Source of the DNA: Deltaproteobacteria bacterium TL4 | Lineage (GTDB): Bacteria; SAR324; NAC60-12 | Assembly (NCBI GenBank): GCA_051382335.1 | Contig: JBBCAX010000345.1 | Coordinates: 1-15,304 of the forward strand | Direction: 5' to 3' | DNA: 15,304 nucleotides | Shown here: in pieces, positions 15,021 through 15,304 of the stretch | Position numbering within the stretch: the first letter of the stretch is position 1 | How the letters are laid out: every line of letters starts with the position of its first letter | Position numbers and translations under genes: made by a program | The notes under the pieces: generated by a model | Databases searched by the model: none | What the model was told of the DNA's origin: nothing | What the model saw: only the letters and a program-made list of their open reading frames with translations

Positions 15021-15144
15021 TCACAGAACGACAGTAATGAGCGGTTGCCAGGGGACACTGAACTTTGTAAAAGCGATGCACTCTCAATCTACTAATAAAT
15101 TTGGAAAAGGCGCGCTCCCTGGCAATCCGTCGCTATTTTCTTGG

Positions 15145-15304
15145 GTACGCCCACATGGGCGTGATCTGATGGGGTGAAAGTCCCCTATAGGAAAGCCACT
15201 GGCTTTCAATGCTATGGAACCGATCATGCGGCACTGGCGGGAAACCAGCCAGCAAACAGCGAACAAACCGTGTTCCTAAGGTAATGAGTACCATGAACTA
15301 TTAG
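15145..15304 (+). mobile_element. Group II intron 5' end, running off the window
   Basis: GTACGCCCACATGGGCGTGATCTGATGGGGTGAAAGTCCCCTATAGG: GUGYG-like start, ACGCCCA/TGGGCGT hairpin and GGGGTGAAAGTCCCC motif. Confidence 0.75.

Noticed and set aside
15084..15266. 60-aa minus-strand ORF
   Set aside because: It is the antisense reading (GDFHPIRSRP) of the group II intron 5' end.

Overview
This 15.3 kb bacterial window mixes AT-rich host genes with a GC-richer, decayed defence island and many mobile-element scars. Host-like genes: scpB, a catalytically degenerate CheA-like protein and a large pentapeptide-repeat protein (all minus strand, closely spaced), plus an L-2-hydroxyglutarate-dehydrogenase-like FAD oxidoreductase and an exported hypothetical protein (plus strand). 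The island (about 6.05-11.36 kb, minus strand) looks like an eroded type 3 BREX locus: excisionase-like HTH, frameshifted brxF, no brxC, an internally deleted DNA methyltransferase, and a broken SNF2 helicase cut by an IS4-like fragment. An intact ABC-ATPase plus TOPRIM-like gene pair sits nested inside it. The most striking feature is a complete RAYT/TnpA(REP) HUH transposase domain, with no start or stop codon of its own, inserted in frame into the methyltransferase. It is bounded by two inverted REP hairpins that are themselves translated and carry a compensatory base-pair change. The window also holds three MITE-like elements carrying REP doublets (one GTAG type, two GGAG type), two group II intron 5' ends, an IS66-like fragment, and truncated KilA-N and prenyltransferase-like genes. 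All family assignments come from recognising motifs by eye; no searches were run.
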